DNA of 64,000 bases from Paraphysomonas bandaiensis (Eukaryota > Protista > Chrysophyceae): positions 248,001-312,000 of the forward strand of contig CBFFRP010000432.1 of NCBI GenBank assembly GCA_965644295.1, in the 5' to 3' direction. Positions within the stretch are counted from its first letter, which is position 1, and the number at the start of each line of letters is the position of its first letter. The notes beneath the pieces were generated by a model, which was not told the DNA's origin, searched no databases, and saw only the letters and a list, made by a program, of their open reading frames with translations. The position numbers and the translations under genes are program-made. This document shows, piece by piece, positions 24,819 to 36,979 of this stretch.

Positions 24819-25724
24819 CTACAACTGTGATTTCAATTGTGATATTCTTCTAGTATATTGCTCAACAATAGCAGCGCTCAGCACCGGTTCATCTGGTTTT
24901 GAATCCTCACTGTCATCATCGCTACTAGGAGTTGGCATGTATATCGATTTCATATTAAGCTTAGCATCAGATTCAGGAGATCGTCGGAAATCTCTTGAAA
25001 TTGCTGCGGTTCTTCTGTCCATCAAACTTATCATAGCCTCTTGAAGCCGAGAGCAGTCTCCCACCGCCATTTCAGGGTGGTTCTGTATAGCCTCCATCAC
25101 GTTAGCTGCTTGCACCAACACCTGATGAGATTGTCCCACATCTACACCACTGCATTCTTGACACATTGCGACCGCACTATTTACAGCGCGGGATATATCT
25201 ATGTTGTCATAGTGGCGATCAATGGCAGCAACAACATCAGACACATCTATCGTTCGTCCACCCTTGTAACTTTCAATCGCGTTAATAATATCTATAACAT
25301 GAAGTTTCAGTACATCGTTTCCCTCTTCACAACGATATAAGCAGCTGACAAGAGAATGCACTGCTTGCTTATGTGCTACCGTATCAAAACAATCAGAATT
25401 AGCAGTATGCCGGGAGGGAGTGGTGAATTTGTGTGACCTAATAGTAACCAACATCTTTCGCAATGAGATTACGTCAGCAATGACGTGTTTACATTGGAAC
25501 TCACTTTGTGTAAACAGAATCTCTAGAGCATCACAGAGGGCAATACTCACATTGCATAAATCCCGGTCAGTTTTATATGCAGCGAGAGCACTGAAGGCGC
25601 TATATAGGGGAGCATATATTGGTGAGGAAGCCTGCTTGTTCTCTGATAGAATAGCGTATACACGCGCCACTGCACGGTCTATATCACTCCCATCATAGCT
25701 GCAATACGCATGCGACCCGTCCAT
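24819..25724 (-). CDS. Hypothetical helical protein, 301 aa, intronless
   Basis: Long ATG-initiated ORF with protein-like composition. No motif recognised. Confidence 0.6.
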   Translation of the reverse strand: MDGSHAYCSYDGSDIDRAVARVYAILSENKQASSPIYAPLYSAFSALAAYKTDRDLCNVSIALCDALEILFTQSEFQCKHVIADVISLRKMLVTIRSHKFTTPSRHTANSDCFDTVAHKQAVHSLVSCLYRCEEGNDVLKLHVIDIINAIESYKGGRTIDVSDVVAAIDRHYDNIDISRAVNSAVAMCQECSGVDVGQSHQVLVQAANVMEAIQNHPEMAVGDCSRLQEAMISLMDRRTAAISRDFRRSPESDAKLNMKSIYMPTPSSDDDSEDSKPDEPVLSAAIVEQYTRRISQLKSQL

Positions 25725-26304
25725 CAGATCTATATATCTTAAAACATCGTAACCAAACCCACTATCAAGCTAAGTAGCAACTGAATAATGTATGAAGGGT
25801 CTCAATGAACTCAATATAATTTTGTTGGGTTGTTTGAGTGTGTTTATTATATGTATAATCTGACAATGTGGTCGTTTGCTATCATACACAACATGCATCA
25901 ACTCAGAAGATTCGTATGCTGTAGCAGTACACTATACACTGCTGCACGGCACCGACACTTACTGTACTATATAGCGTGTAATAAACACCAATATGCATCT
26001 TTTTTTAATATACTGCTATAAATGTGTATGTTTTAGATTTCTATGTCTAGAAATTGGTGCTTTTAGTGTTTAAGTTGGACACATATGGAATATACAGCAG
26101 GCCAATATATTCCACAGTTCTTACTTATAAACTCCATAGTATCTCTAGCAGACTATCCACATAGATGATATGTACATATATATGAACACATGACATGCCA
26201 TATGCTCCCATCATACAAGTATATCAATACAAACCTTATGACAACCTCACTCCTATATCACTTACATTCCCCCATTCATCAAATCACTCTCAGGAGGGAT
26301 CAAC

Positions 26305-28702
26305 ATGGTCTCTATTTTAAATTATATGACTGGAAAGATCAGTAGCGATATATCGAGCTGTACACACGAACTAAAAGATGAATGCGATATATATTCATGT
26401 TATTCATCGGATGATTCATTATTTCATATACGGAAATGGTTACATACACCATATTTTCCTGCATTTCATCAGCCTGGATGGATGCTGTATATGGTGTTTG
26501 GACCATTCAACTCAGAGTGGTTTGAGACATTGTCTGCAGATATACAGGCAGGGTTAACTGTTCTTATGACGCTGATTCCACAGGTATGTGTAGTATTTGT
26601 ATGCTCCAGGCTTGGATTAATGTGCCATGTAGGGGCTTTCGCAAGCAGCTCTAGCGAACATGCCGCCGATTAACGGCTTATACACAGCCATTATACCCCC
26701 TGCGACCTACGCATTCTTTGGATCATCAATGCAGCTTATGGTTGGTCCGACTGCACTAATCTCTCTTATGACGGGGTCTATAATGACTCGATACGGAGTA
26801 GACTTTGAGACTGACCATGAACTCGCTGTTGACACTGCTGCCCAAGCTGCATTCTGTTGTGGAGTGATCATCACCATCCTCGGGTTACTAAGTTTAGGCA
26901 ATATTATTAACTTTGTGTCTCATCCTGTTATGTCTGGCTTCACTACTGGAGCGGCTCTAACCATAGGCATGACCCAGCTGAAAGCTGCATTCGGCTTTTC
27001 CCTCTCTCCTCCTCAAGTTGGCGGAGATGCGGAATATAACTACGAAGTGATTGAATGGTGGATAGAAAACTTTAATGGAGTGACAGACGATGGGCATTCT
27101 TATAGAAATCATTACGCTGAAAAGGTTTGTCATGTGATTTAAATAGAATGGCTTAGTTTAACATCTGCCACAGATATGCTTCGGACTGTATATCCCACTC
27201 ATATTGGTTCAAATGTCGAAGTGGTACTTCATACCTTCTGTAGTTACGAAAACGTCTTGGCAGTATAAGTTGTGGACGTTTTTCACAAGTATGCTTCCTC
27301 TCATCGGTATCATTTTGTCTGGACATGCAGCATACAATATAAAAAAGGCTGACCACTTTGCCGATCCCGATTTTGATCACGATTACTACTCGAAGGATCT
27401 CAGAATTGTTGGAGATGTTCCTGGGGGTCTGAATATAGGACGAATCCCAAGATTTAGGTGGCCCATGGTTGATTTTTTTTTGGAAGTTTTTCCACTAACA
27501 TTGATTGCGTTTGTGGAGAGTTACTCCATTGCACGCAATATCGCCGCACAGAAAAACGAGTTACATCTGCTCAATGCCAGTCAAGAGATGTGGGCAAATG
27601 GGGTCGCAAATCTAGGTGCTAGTGTAACATCAGGCTATCCTGTATCTGGTTCATTTTCCAGATCTGCACTGGTATGTTTGTTCTGTGTTTACCCATATTG
27701 ATTCACATTGCACTGCCATTCGAGAATATGTATGTTAGTATGTTGTCTCATGATATTGTCCAGAACGCTGCGTGCGGTGCTCGTACCCCTATGTCTGTCA
27801 TCACTACTACTTCTGTTCTCTGTATTATTCTCTCTACTTTAACTCATTTACTGAAATTCATTCCGGCCGCTGCACTGGCTGCCATCATATGGGCCGCGAT
27901 TGCGAACCTTATTAGCATTCATGATATCTGGGACTGCTGGAAACATAGCAAAAAGGATTTTTTTACTGTCATCGTCACTATAATTTTCACTTTCGCTTTT
28001 GATACAAAAATTGGTCTTTTGGTTGGAGTGTCAACTTCGATTCTCGTCTACTGTGTGTTTGATATTATTCTTTCAAGGTTTCACTCCCCCCGTCTCTTCA
28101 CACGCCAATCCGAAGACGAAGATGTAGATGTAGTGCGTATTGAGAGTGATATTAACTTCCTCACTGCAACCCGTGTTAAGGACTTTATCGTTGCACTTAC
28201 TCTGAAGCCGCCAGAGCTGCCGTCTACATCGAATAGACAGGAGTACATCAGGCATAGGATTTCAAATGGTTTTGATATGGTTTTGAAACCCAACCTTGTT
28301 GCTGGTGTCACCGTACTTCCTAAAGCTCTTGTAATCGACATGTGCATTGTAAAGACTATCGATATCAGTGGTCTTGATGCAATTGCCAGTGCTATGAAAG
28401 AAGTTAGGTCTAAAAACGTTCTGGTAGCTATTATCAATGCTAACCCTGAAATCGATGCTTGTTTGAAAAGTTTCGGCATAACTAGCGACAACTCTACTCT
28501 GGAGGTAAATTTTGAAGAATACGAGGACACATACAGAGTCGATTTATGGAATTTACAAGCGATACAACGCAGAGAGGGGCGGACTACACGAAGCTCTTCA
28601 AAGCAAGTGTTGTACGATGAATCATTCCATGAAGTGGAAATGGCAACGGTAAGCGAACGAACTCGGAATTACACTGCTTCAGATGTTGGGCATTATATTT
28701 AA
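26305..28702 (+). CDS. SulP/SLC26 sulfate/anion transporter with STAS domain, multi-exon
   Basis: DIQAGLTV...IPQ|G, GLYTAIIP...FFGSSMQLMVGPTAL, SHPVMSGFTTGAA, NASQEMWANG, GYPVSGSFSRSA, and STAS motif IDMCIVKTIDISGL. Confidence 0.95.
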
Positions 28703-29248
28703 TACTAAAATATAAAATAGTAGTCGTATTAAAGCGTCTATAACAGCAGGGGCGATTACTATCATATGTATTAGAAAAGTTTTGATAATCTTAGTTGACA
28801 GATTTTTTACCAATCTTTCCGCACAGGTATTTTATGAGATTATATTGAGTTTCGATTTCATATATGATACTGGTTTGGCATAGTGATGTTCATTTACATT
28901 GGGTGAGAAGTATATTGAATATTGAATTAGTGTTGTTCCCGTGCAATGTTCTTTATACATAAACCATTGAATTTATTTTATCGCACTGCATTTTTTAGAG
29001 TTGCGTAGCAGCATTGGTGTTACATTATTGTATCCCACTTAATTCTTATTCAATATTACGTTTCTTCAAACAACGCGGCACAACACTAATTTTACTTTCA
29101 CTTAATACCACGTACGTTTATCATAAAAATAATATATAATATACTTCTCTTTTGATATAACTCCACGATTACGGCATACGTCGAGACTGCTCTCACTAAA
29201 GTATTGATTACTAGAGAGCAGGGATAGGGTACAATATTTCGCATTGCA

Positions 29249-32200
29249 TGTTGAGTTCTGCAATATGATGTGATATATATTGTGCAATTGAAGTGAGTTA
29301 ACAGTGTGCAATAGGTAAAGTCAACTCATAGGTGTAACGGGTGATTATAGTTACAAAGGAATTAAATTCAGTTACTGATGTGTGACTATACAAGATATAG
29401 AACTGACTGATGAACATATGATAAACAGGTGTTGCTGGGAACAGATGTTTCAACATATGTTACACGAATATGTAGTGAAGTGTTCAGAATAATAATTATA
29501 ATTTCTTACTTGAAAGTGCATTGTGTTCAACAGCAAGGTTACGGTCTACGTGTAGAGCAAAGTTAACTTCAGTGAAATGTCCAATGTTAACATGGTAGCG
29601 AGTGGTAGCTCTGATGAGGCGATGGAGGACAGCAAGGTGCTGAAGTTTGACAAGTAAACGACACGTGTGTTGTAACGATTCGGGAGGCATGTGAACATGA
29701 CGCAGATGTGTTGGAGGGTGTCAGCCGATACATGGAGGCGACTACCAGACGATGATCCGAATAAGGAGGTTTTGTCCAATCATATGCTTCAAACGCTTGT
29801 GGATAGGTCTAGGAGTGAGTTGGGAGTAGTACTCCAAAAGACTACAGCGAAATACCAGCTTGTAAATATTGGTTAATGATATTGTCGAAATAGAGATTGA
29901 TAGGCTGAAATGTATTTTCTACTAAAACTGCCTTCTACACTGAGTAGAGCAGCAGAGCAGTGCAGCTGTTCATAGTTAACGAGCAGGAGTGCTGAACATA
30001 CACATGAACAGAGACAGAGACAGAGTTCATCGGCGGAATGGTGCTAATATGAAGATGATGATGTCTCATCTGGAGGGGAGTCCAATATGATAGATGGTGA
30101 AGTGCTTATGCCTGAAACAGTAGACCAACGAGTGTATCTAGGCAGTTGTGCCGGAAAGCAGCTATTCATGGTTAAAGATCATAGAGTGCTAGAGAAATAT
30201 TATGAAGCAGATCCAGGAGTCATATCTCTGACGTAGAAGGGGTCAGCAATAATGGAGACTCAAGGAGTAGGAAGCTTTCAACACTGGCAAAAGAGAAGGC
30301 ATCAAAGTATGTGAAGATGCGGTGAAGAATATTGTCTCAGGCGGAATGCTGCGGGCACTGGTGTGTGGATTGGAACTACTTAGAGTACCGAGAATTGTAG
30401 AGTTAAACACTGGTAGAGAGGTGCTGGCTGGAGACTATGATGAGCATGGAGGAATGCCATGGGAGGCACTATATAATATTATGACGTTTTGAATTTGCCT
30501 ATTATTACGTCATCATGCCATCATGTAATGGAGGAAAATGCCAAGGAGGACAGTAAAGTTAGTGGATGTTGCCTTATGAGTGTGTTCCTGGGAGGAAAGG
30601 TGCCCGAGTTATCCTGGTTGAGGAAATGGGGGTGCAAGGCGTATGTATTAGTCCCGAAGGCCGATAGACGGAAAGTCTGGGAGGAAAAGGCACAAACAGG
30701 ATATTTTGTGGGTTTCCCAGATGAGCAGATGGGGTATCAAGTGTTGATAGGAGATACAATAGTCACGTCTGTTCATGTCCTGTTTGCCCTAGAGATCGGC
30801 TGATTACTACCGAGAAATGGACTATAAGCCACGGTGGCAGTGGTTCCTCAGGGAGGAGTGTTATCGACAAAACCCATATGAAGATGGCGGCCAACTGTAC
30901 AACAAGACCACGCGAATATAGATTCGGAAAGAGGTCTAACTGTGGGATATAGATCCCTGATGTCAGGTGGTGAGGAGCAACTGGAAGTTAAGACTCCTAT
31001 TCACATCATCGCGGATGAGTGAAGACCTTGTGACAAGAGTATCTGCTAGTTCTGGATCTCGTGACGACGGGACCAGCGGACATTTATTACAGCAGTTGAC
31101 TGGGACGGTTCCATCCCCTTCTGACTTCGTAAGTGCTCCGGGAGAGGAAGCTCCATCAGATCGCTCAACTAGGGGCAGGCGCACAAGGGCTCCAAGGGTG
31201 GTGACGAATGTGTCAGTAGTAGGGGAGAAGCACGTATTACCTTCGTGTGACGAAGTGGAGTGCAGCCTACTAGAGGAGGCAGATTCCATCTGGTGCTCGT
31301 CAGCGGGACCTAAGGTGCCTCAGACATATTCCGAATCCTTGGAGTTGCCGGAACGGAAGCAATGGAGTTCAGCCAGGCTGAATGTGACGAACTGGAACGA
31401 AGGGAAGTAATGGAAGTTAAGCCCATACCTACCCCAGTGTCACTCCATTGACAGCAAGACAGGCTGAGCGTGACAGACTGGAACGAAGGGAAGTAATGGA
31501 AGTTAAGCCCATCATCCCTACCCCAGTGTCACTGCAATTTGAATCCTGAGTATGTCTTTGCTTTGAAACGCACCAAGGAGGGTGCGATTCCACGATAGAA
31601 AGCAAGACTTGTGGTACTTGGATGCGGAGGCCATGAGGTTGGTAGAGCCAACAATTATACTCCAGTGGTAAAAGCGGTAACAGTAAGATTGTTATTAGCT
31701 ATCGCGTTAGTTATGAATATGGTGGTGCATCAACTCGACGTATCTAATGCATTCTTGTATATGCAGATATAAAAGGAGATGTGTGTATAAGTATGCAACA
31801 CCAGATTTCAAATTGCCACCAGGATATTGCTTTAAACTGAAGAAAAGTTTATATGGTCTTCGAAGCTCACCACGGTCATGATGATAATATGCTGAGAGCA
31901 TGTCGAGATACGAATATTATTTTGGAAATTAAGCGACGAGTATGTGAAAGGTTCGATATTACAGATATGAATGAGATTGGCTAGTTTTTGAACGTGAGAG
32001 TGACGAGAACTCCGAATTGTCTCAAACTTGACATGACAGTGTTCATCAAAAAGATATTGGTGAAGTATGTGGATTTTCTAGGTGTCCAAGGGACAAGACG
32101 CGGCGATACCCACTACATAGTGATGTCATGGATAGGATCAAAGTGGGAGTGGAACATGTGCATTCGACTGAAGAGCAGGAATTAGTTGACAATTTTCCCT

Positions 32201-33411
32201 ATCGTCCACTAATAGGAGCGTTACTTTATTTATCTATGAATACAAGGCCGGATATCTCATATGCAGTGGGAGTATTGTCACGATTCTCAACGAAAGTTAA
32301 TATCACTGTATGTAAGCTCATGATGTATTTAATGCAGTATGTACGAGGTACTACAGATAAAGGCATTCATTATAGAGGGAGAGATTTTGATCTTCATATG
32401 TTCACTGATGCTGACTGGGCAGGCGATCCGTTGACGAGGAGGTCGACTTCAGGATATAGTATGTTGAGCTGGTGGACCACTATCGTGGGGTTCTAAACTT
32501 CAGTCTACTGTAGCTACATCGACTATGAAAGCAGAGTATCAATGCTTATATAACGGATTACAGGAAATGATATGGTCTCGGGGGGTGACTAGAGAAGTAG
32601 GGTTGAAAATTGACGAGCCCACACCATTATTCCTGGATAGTCAAAGTGCTCAGGATATATCGGAAAATCCAGTGCAACATCAACGATCGAAACATATTGA
32701 GATTAAGTATCATATGATTAGAGAGCACGTGGATCCCGAACAGTTTAATACAGCGAAATTACTTCATGTAAGCAGTCGACAACAGATGGCTGATATATAT
32801 ACCAAGGCTTTGTGTGGTCCAATATTCATTGAACAGAGGGAGCGAAATCTTGGGGAAAATTTTAAGACTACTGCACAAATTATCGCAGAGGTACCCAAGG
32901 TAAAGAGAGTTCGTCGTAACTAGTTAGAGGTGAATGAATGGTGGGAGCTAGCTATACCAGCGGAGTCATACGTCCACCAGTGTCCTATGAGGTTCGGTGG
33001 TTGCGTATCCGATAGCAATGTTCTTCACAAATTTTAGAATGATTAACTACATCCAATTGAGTGGGAGTGTTGAGTTCTGCAATATGATGTGATATATATT
33101 GTGCAATTGAAGTGAGTTAACAGTGTGCAATAGGTAAAGTCAACTCATAGGTGTAACGGGTGATTATAGTTACAAAGGAATTAAATTCAGTTACTGATGT
33201 GTGACTATACAAGATATAGAACTGACTGATGAACATATGATAAACAGGTGTTGCTGGGAACAGATGTTTCAACATATGTTACACGAATATGTAGTGAAGT
33301 GTTCAGAATAATAATTATAATTTCTTACTTGAAAGTGCATTGTGTTCAACAGCAAGGTTACGGTCTACGTGTAGAGCAAAGTTAACTTCAGTGAAATGTC
33401 CAATGTTAACA
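29249..33411 (+). mobile_element. Ty1/Copia LTR retrotransposon, non-autonomous (coding region decayed), 5-bp TSD TTGCA
   Basis: 344-bp LTRs at 29249-29592 and 33068-33411 (TG...CA). PBS TGGTAGCGAG at 29593, PPT ATTGAGTGGGAG. Remnants in PR-IN-RT-RH order: VYLGSCA, WGCKAYV...GYFVGF, QLDVSNAFLY, KKSLYGL, TRPDISYAV, DADWAGD, KHIEIKYH, ADIYTKAL. Confidence 0.97.
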
Positions 33412-33431
33412 TTGCAATATAAAGTAAAACA

Positions 33432-33788
33432 TGTTAAAATTGGATATTTCACTGAAGTTAAATTTGCTCTACACGTAAACCTTGGTCTTGCTTTCTTAAC
33501 CACAGTGAGGTTCAATATCAAGTAAAAAACCATACTTAATAATATAAACACTTCCCTGCATATTCATGTAACATCTGGTGAACATCTGTTCACAGCAACA
33601 TCTGGTTTCTGGTTCTCTTGTGTTCACCAGTCATTCCTATGTCTTATATCGTCACACATCAGTTGCTGAATTTAAATTCTTTGTAACTATAATCACCCGT
33701 TACACCTATGAGTTGACTTCACCTATTGCCCACTATTAACTCACTTCGATTGCACAACATATATCGCATCATACTGGAGAACTCAACG
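33432..33788 (-). mobile_element. Diverged solo LTR of the same Copia family, inverted, TSD AAACA
   Basis: Reverse complement aligns end to end with the 344-bp LTR, with the terminal TG changed to CG. AAACA at 33427-33431 and 33789-33793. Confidence 0.93.
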
Positions 33789-34531
33789 AAACATATTGAA
33801 TAGTGGACCGGCCAAAAATTCAATCGATATTGTTTCTGAAGATAACTCACAATATTTTCATAGTCTTATACAAACATTTTTTTATCTGTAGGGTGTAAAA
33901 TGTAAGTCCATGTACGTAAATATCAGAAAAAAGGAGAAAGCATAGTTTTCTTACATACTGTATACTTTGTTGATGACGGTAATACCTAAATGATAGCTGT
34001 CTCCTGGTCTGCTTAACAAGTAAATGATTTCAATTCGTAGCAGTTCTAATGATTGAAATCGGCAGAGTAAATAATAACCTCGAAAACGAGTGCCTGCATG
34101 TGAGTGAGAGACAGCCAGAGCTGAGAAATAATTAATGGTCAATTCATTGACGCATGTTGTAATCCATTATAATTGCAATTGTATTAATATAAATGACATC
34201 AAATTCAGTCTGTGCTACTCTGCTCCAAATGTACGGTTGCTTCTACTGTTACTTGCATATACCAAAAATGGGAAGGAGAAGGTCAAAATTTTTACAAAGT
34301 GAAAACGTTTTACAATTCTATATAATATAACATACTCAATTAGATACAAAATAAAATCATATTTCAAATATGATCAAAGAAAAAGCATCCACATGGATGA
34401 TCCATATCACTTATCCTCGACTATTCATACAATAATAAAGAAGTTGATAATAAATCTTTCTAATTGCACATATTTCGATCGAGTAAAGGGTCTATAAATG
34501 GGGTCAACACTGTGATTCTATCGGTCTCGGT

Positions 34532-35968
34532 CTAACGACGATGTAAACCTATAAACATGCAATTTTGCTTGAACATTTTACTCGTAGGAGAAGATGTGGG
34601 GGTGTCAACTTTCCTATGAAATACAAAAGTCTTAGGGATAAGACCCTGACCGCAGTTGTCTCCTTCACACACAGATGAGATTTCGTTCATGCTATTATCG
34701 CTATAGGCTCCCAACCACTCCGAGACAGTAGTTCCTACAAAGGAATAGTGCGAGTTTTCATCAAAGGTTTGTATGAAACTACGCTAAACATATCACTCAC
34801 CATTTCTGTTTGCTCCAACTCCTGCTTCATCTCCATACTCTGTGGCTGTGTAAAACCTATCTCTCGATACAAACAGGTGATTCAAACTTGTGATCAAGAA
34901 AACTAAAAAGTTCGGTAGCATGTTAAGATCTTCTATCGATGGCAACATAATTTCAAAGTATTCTGAAGGCCAAAGCGGCTTATCATCATTAAGATACGAT
35001 CCATACGTATTGTACCAATAAGTAGCCGGGTTATCTTTCTTCGCAATTACAAGAAGAAATAATACATCTGGGTAAGCTGATATTGCGCGACGCATCAAAT
35101 CTACATTCGACAGATTTCTAATCTCGCAGTCGACAGAATATTCCTCTGGTATAAGAATGGAACCACATATATTCCATGACCGCAATAGTGCTGGCTGATA
35201 CACCTCAGCAAGTGGGAGAAAGAAACTGTCAGACAAACAAATGCAGGAGCTTGATTGAATCGTTGAGGTTATACTACCAACCCACAGTGGAGCTGCAATA
35301 GACCCAGTAGAGCTACCGCTAACTAAGAGTTTGTCCAGAGGACCTAAACCATCACATTATACAATAAAATAGAAATATAGGGACCGATCAGCATTACATT
35401 AATAACATAACTTACTCGATAAATAATTACCCTTTAGCTGCTGCGAGGCGACATATTTCAGCACCGTCAAAGCATTTTGAGTGCCACGCTGAATCACACT
35501 TTCTCCATTGGAGCCAACAAATTCAGCTGTTGCATTATCCCCAAAGAACATGTCTCCAGAACAGTACAAAATAACAATAGTGGTATAGTTCGCATACGGA
35601 TTCATCATGTTATTGGTATCGAATATCCCTACACGTCGTGGAGGTTGGGCTTTCACCCGACAGTTACCGTCATCATATGATGCTTGATCCCAACATATGC
35701 CTCCTCCTTGAAAATGTATATGAACATTATTTGGATCGCCTTTAGTCACCACAAAAGAATAGGGGGATGATGAGTCGATACATCCTGTGCTTGGGTCGTT
35801 AGAGTCCACTCGAGTCGTATTGCCCAAAGCAAAATCAACTATATTACACGGCTCTGACTCTGACTGTACACATATGCTATGTGGGGACTTGTTATCTACT
35901 GCAGCCTCACACATAGAATGTAATATATACACACTAATGACTGTTACGATCATCATATATACATACAT
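34532..35968 (-). CDS. Secreted pectinacetylesterase/Notum-like alpha/beta hydrolase, multi-exon (3' end approximate)
   Basis: Signal peptide, HIHFQGGGICWD, YCSGDMFFG, and nucleophile elbow LLVSGSSTGSIAA read at 35290-35335. Confidence 0.85.
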
Positions 35969-36979
35969 ATATATCTACTGCTATGGGTCACTGTTACTGA
36001 TAGAAGCTATCCTATCATGTCAAACACGTTTCTATCTTGAGAGAGGTAAGGAATCACTGTACAGTAATCTCTAAGTGATGAATATATGCCTCTGCTTGTG
36101 TATGTAGAGGTCAGCAGGTGTATGTATGTATATATGGGCTATAGGGCGCAGTGTATGCCTAGAGAGAGAGAAGAGCATGATTACATAGAAGAATATGTGT
36201 ACCCCTCTATACACCAATCAAATAAATGATTTCTAATTTGATTTGTTATATTTCGCTTGCATCATGAAAAGTGGATTGTATTCTACTGTATTCCGGTATT
36301 CCTCCTGCAGTTCTATTGTATTGGTATACAGCTGTATACAGCTGGACTGTTGTCCAGATGGACAGATGGACAGTTACTGTGTACACACAGGAGGTCGGTA
36401 CATCAACTCAATCTACCTGCATTCAACCAGTCTATTAATCGAAATCACAAGATACAACAGGAACTATCATTCATCTAGGGGGAATACTCTCCTTCTATCA
36501 TCATCTATCAGTGTATTGTATAAAGCTGTGTATGTATATACATGCAGGCTGTACAGTTGAATCTTAGCAGAGATGAATGAATTGAAGGAAGATATTGATG
36601 ATATTTTTAGATTGGCATGAGAACATATGTAAGTAAATATGGATAGAGGATAGTACATATGTTTATCACTTAGTTCATATAGTTATACGTGATATAAAGT
36701 GTCTGCTCTACTAAATAGAAAGTTATTTCTTAAAGACCGACTTTCAACTAATTAAATGTAATGCAACCCTAGCATATACACCTAGCAATACTTTTGTTTA
36801 TATTGACCCGTATATGTCTTTCATATATTACAACTAGTATCACCGCGATGTCATCCGTTTCGTCAGTTCACAACTGTATTTCCTGTGAAATGCACGCTGA
36901 TCTACTTTTTATCTTACTAGTACATAATTCAACATGAATTCGAATTCTTTATTATTCAATCAAGCAAAGTGTTCTATAC

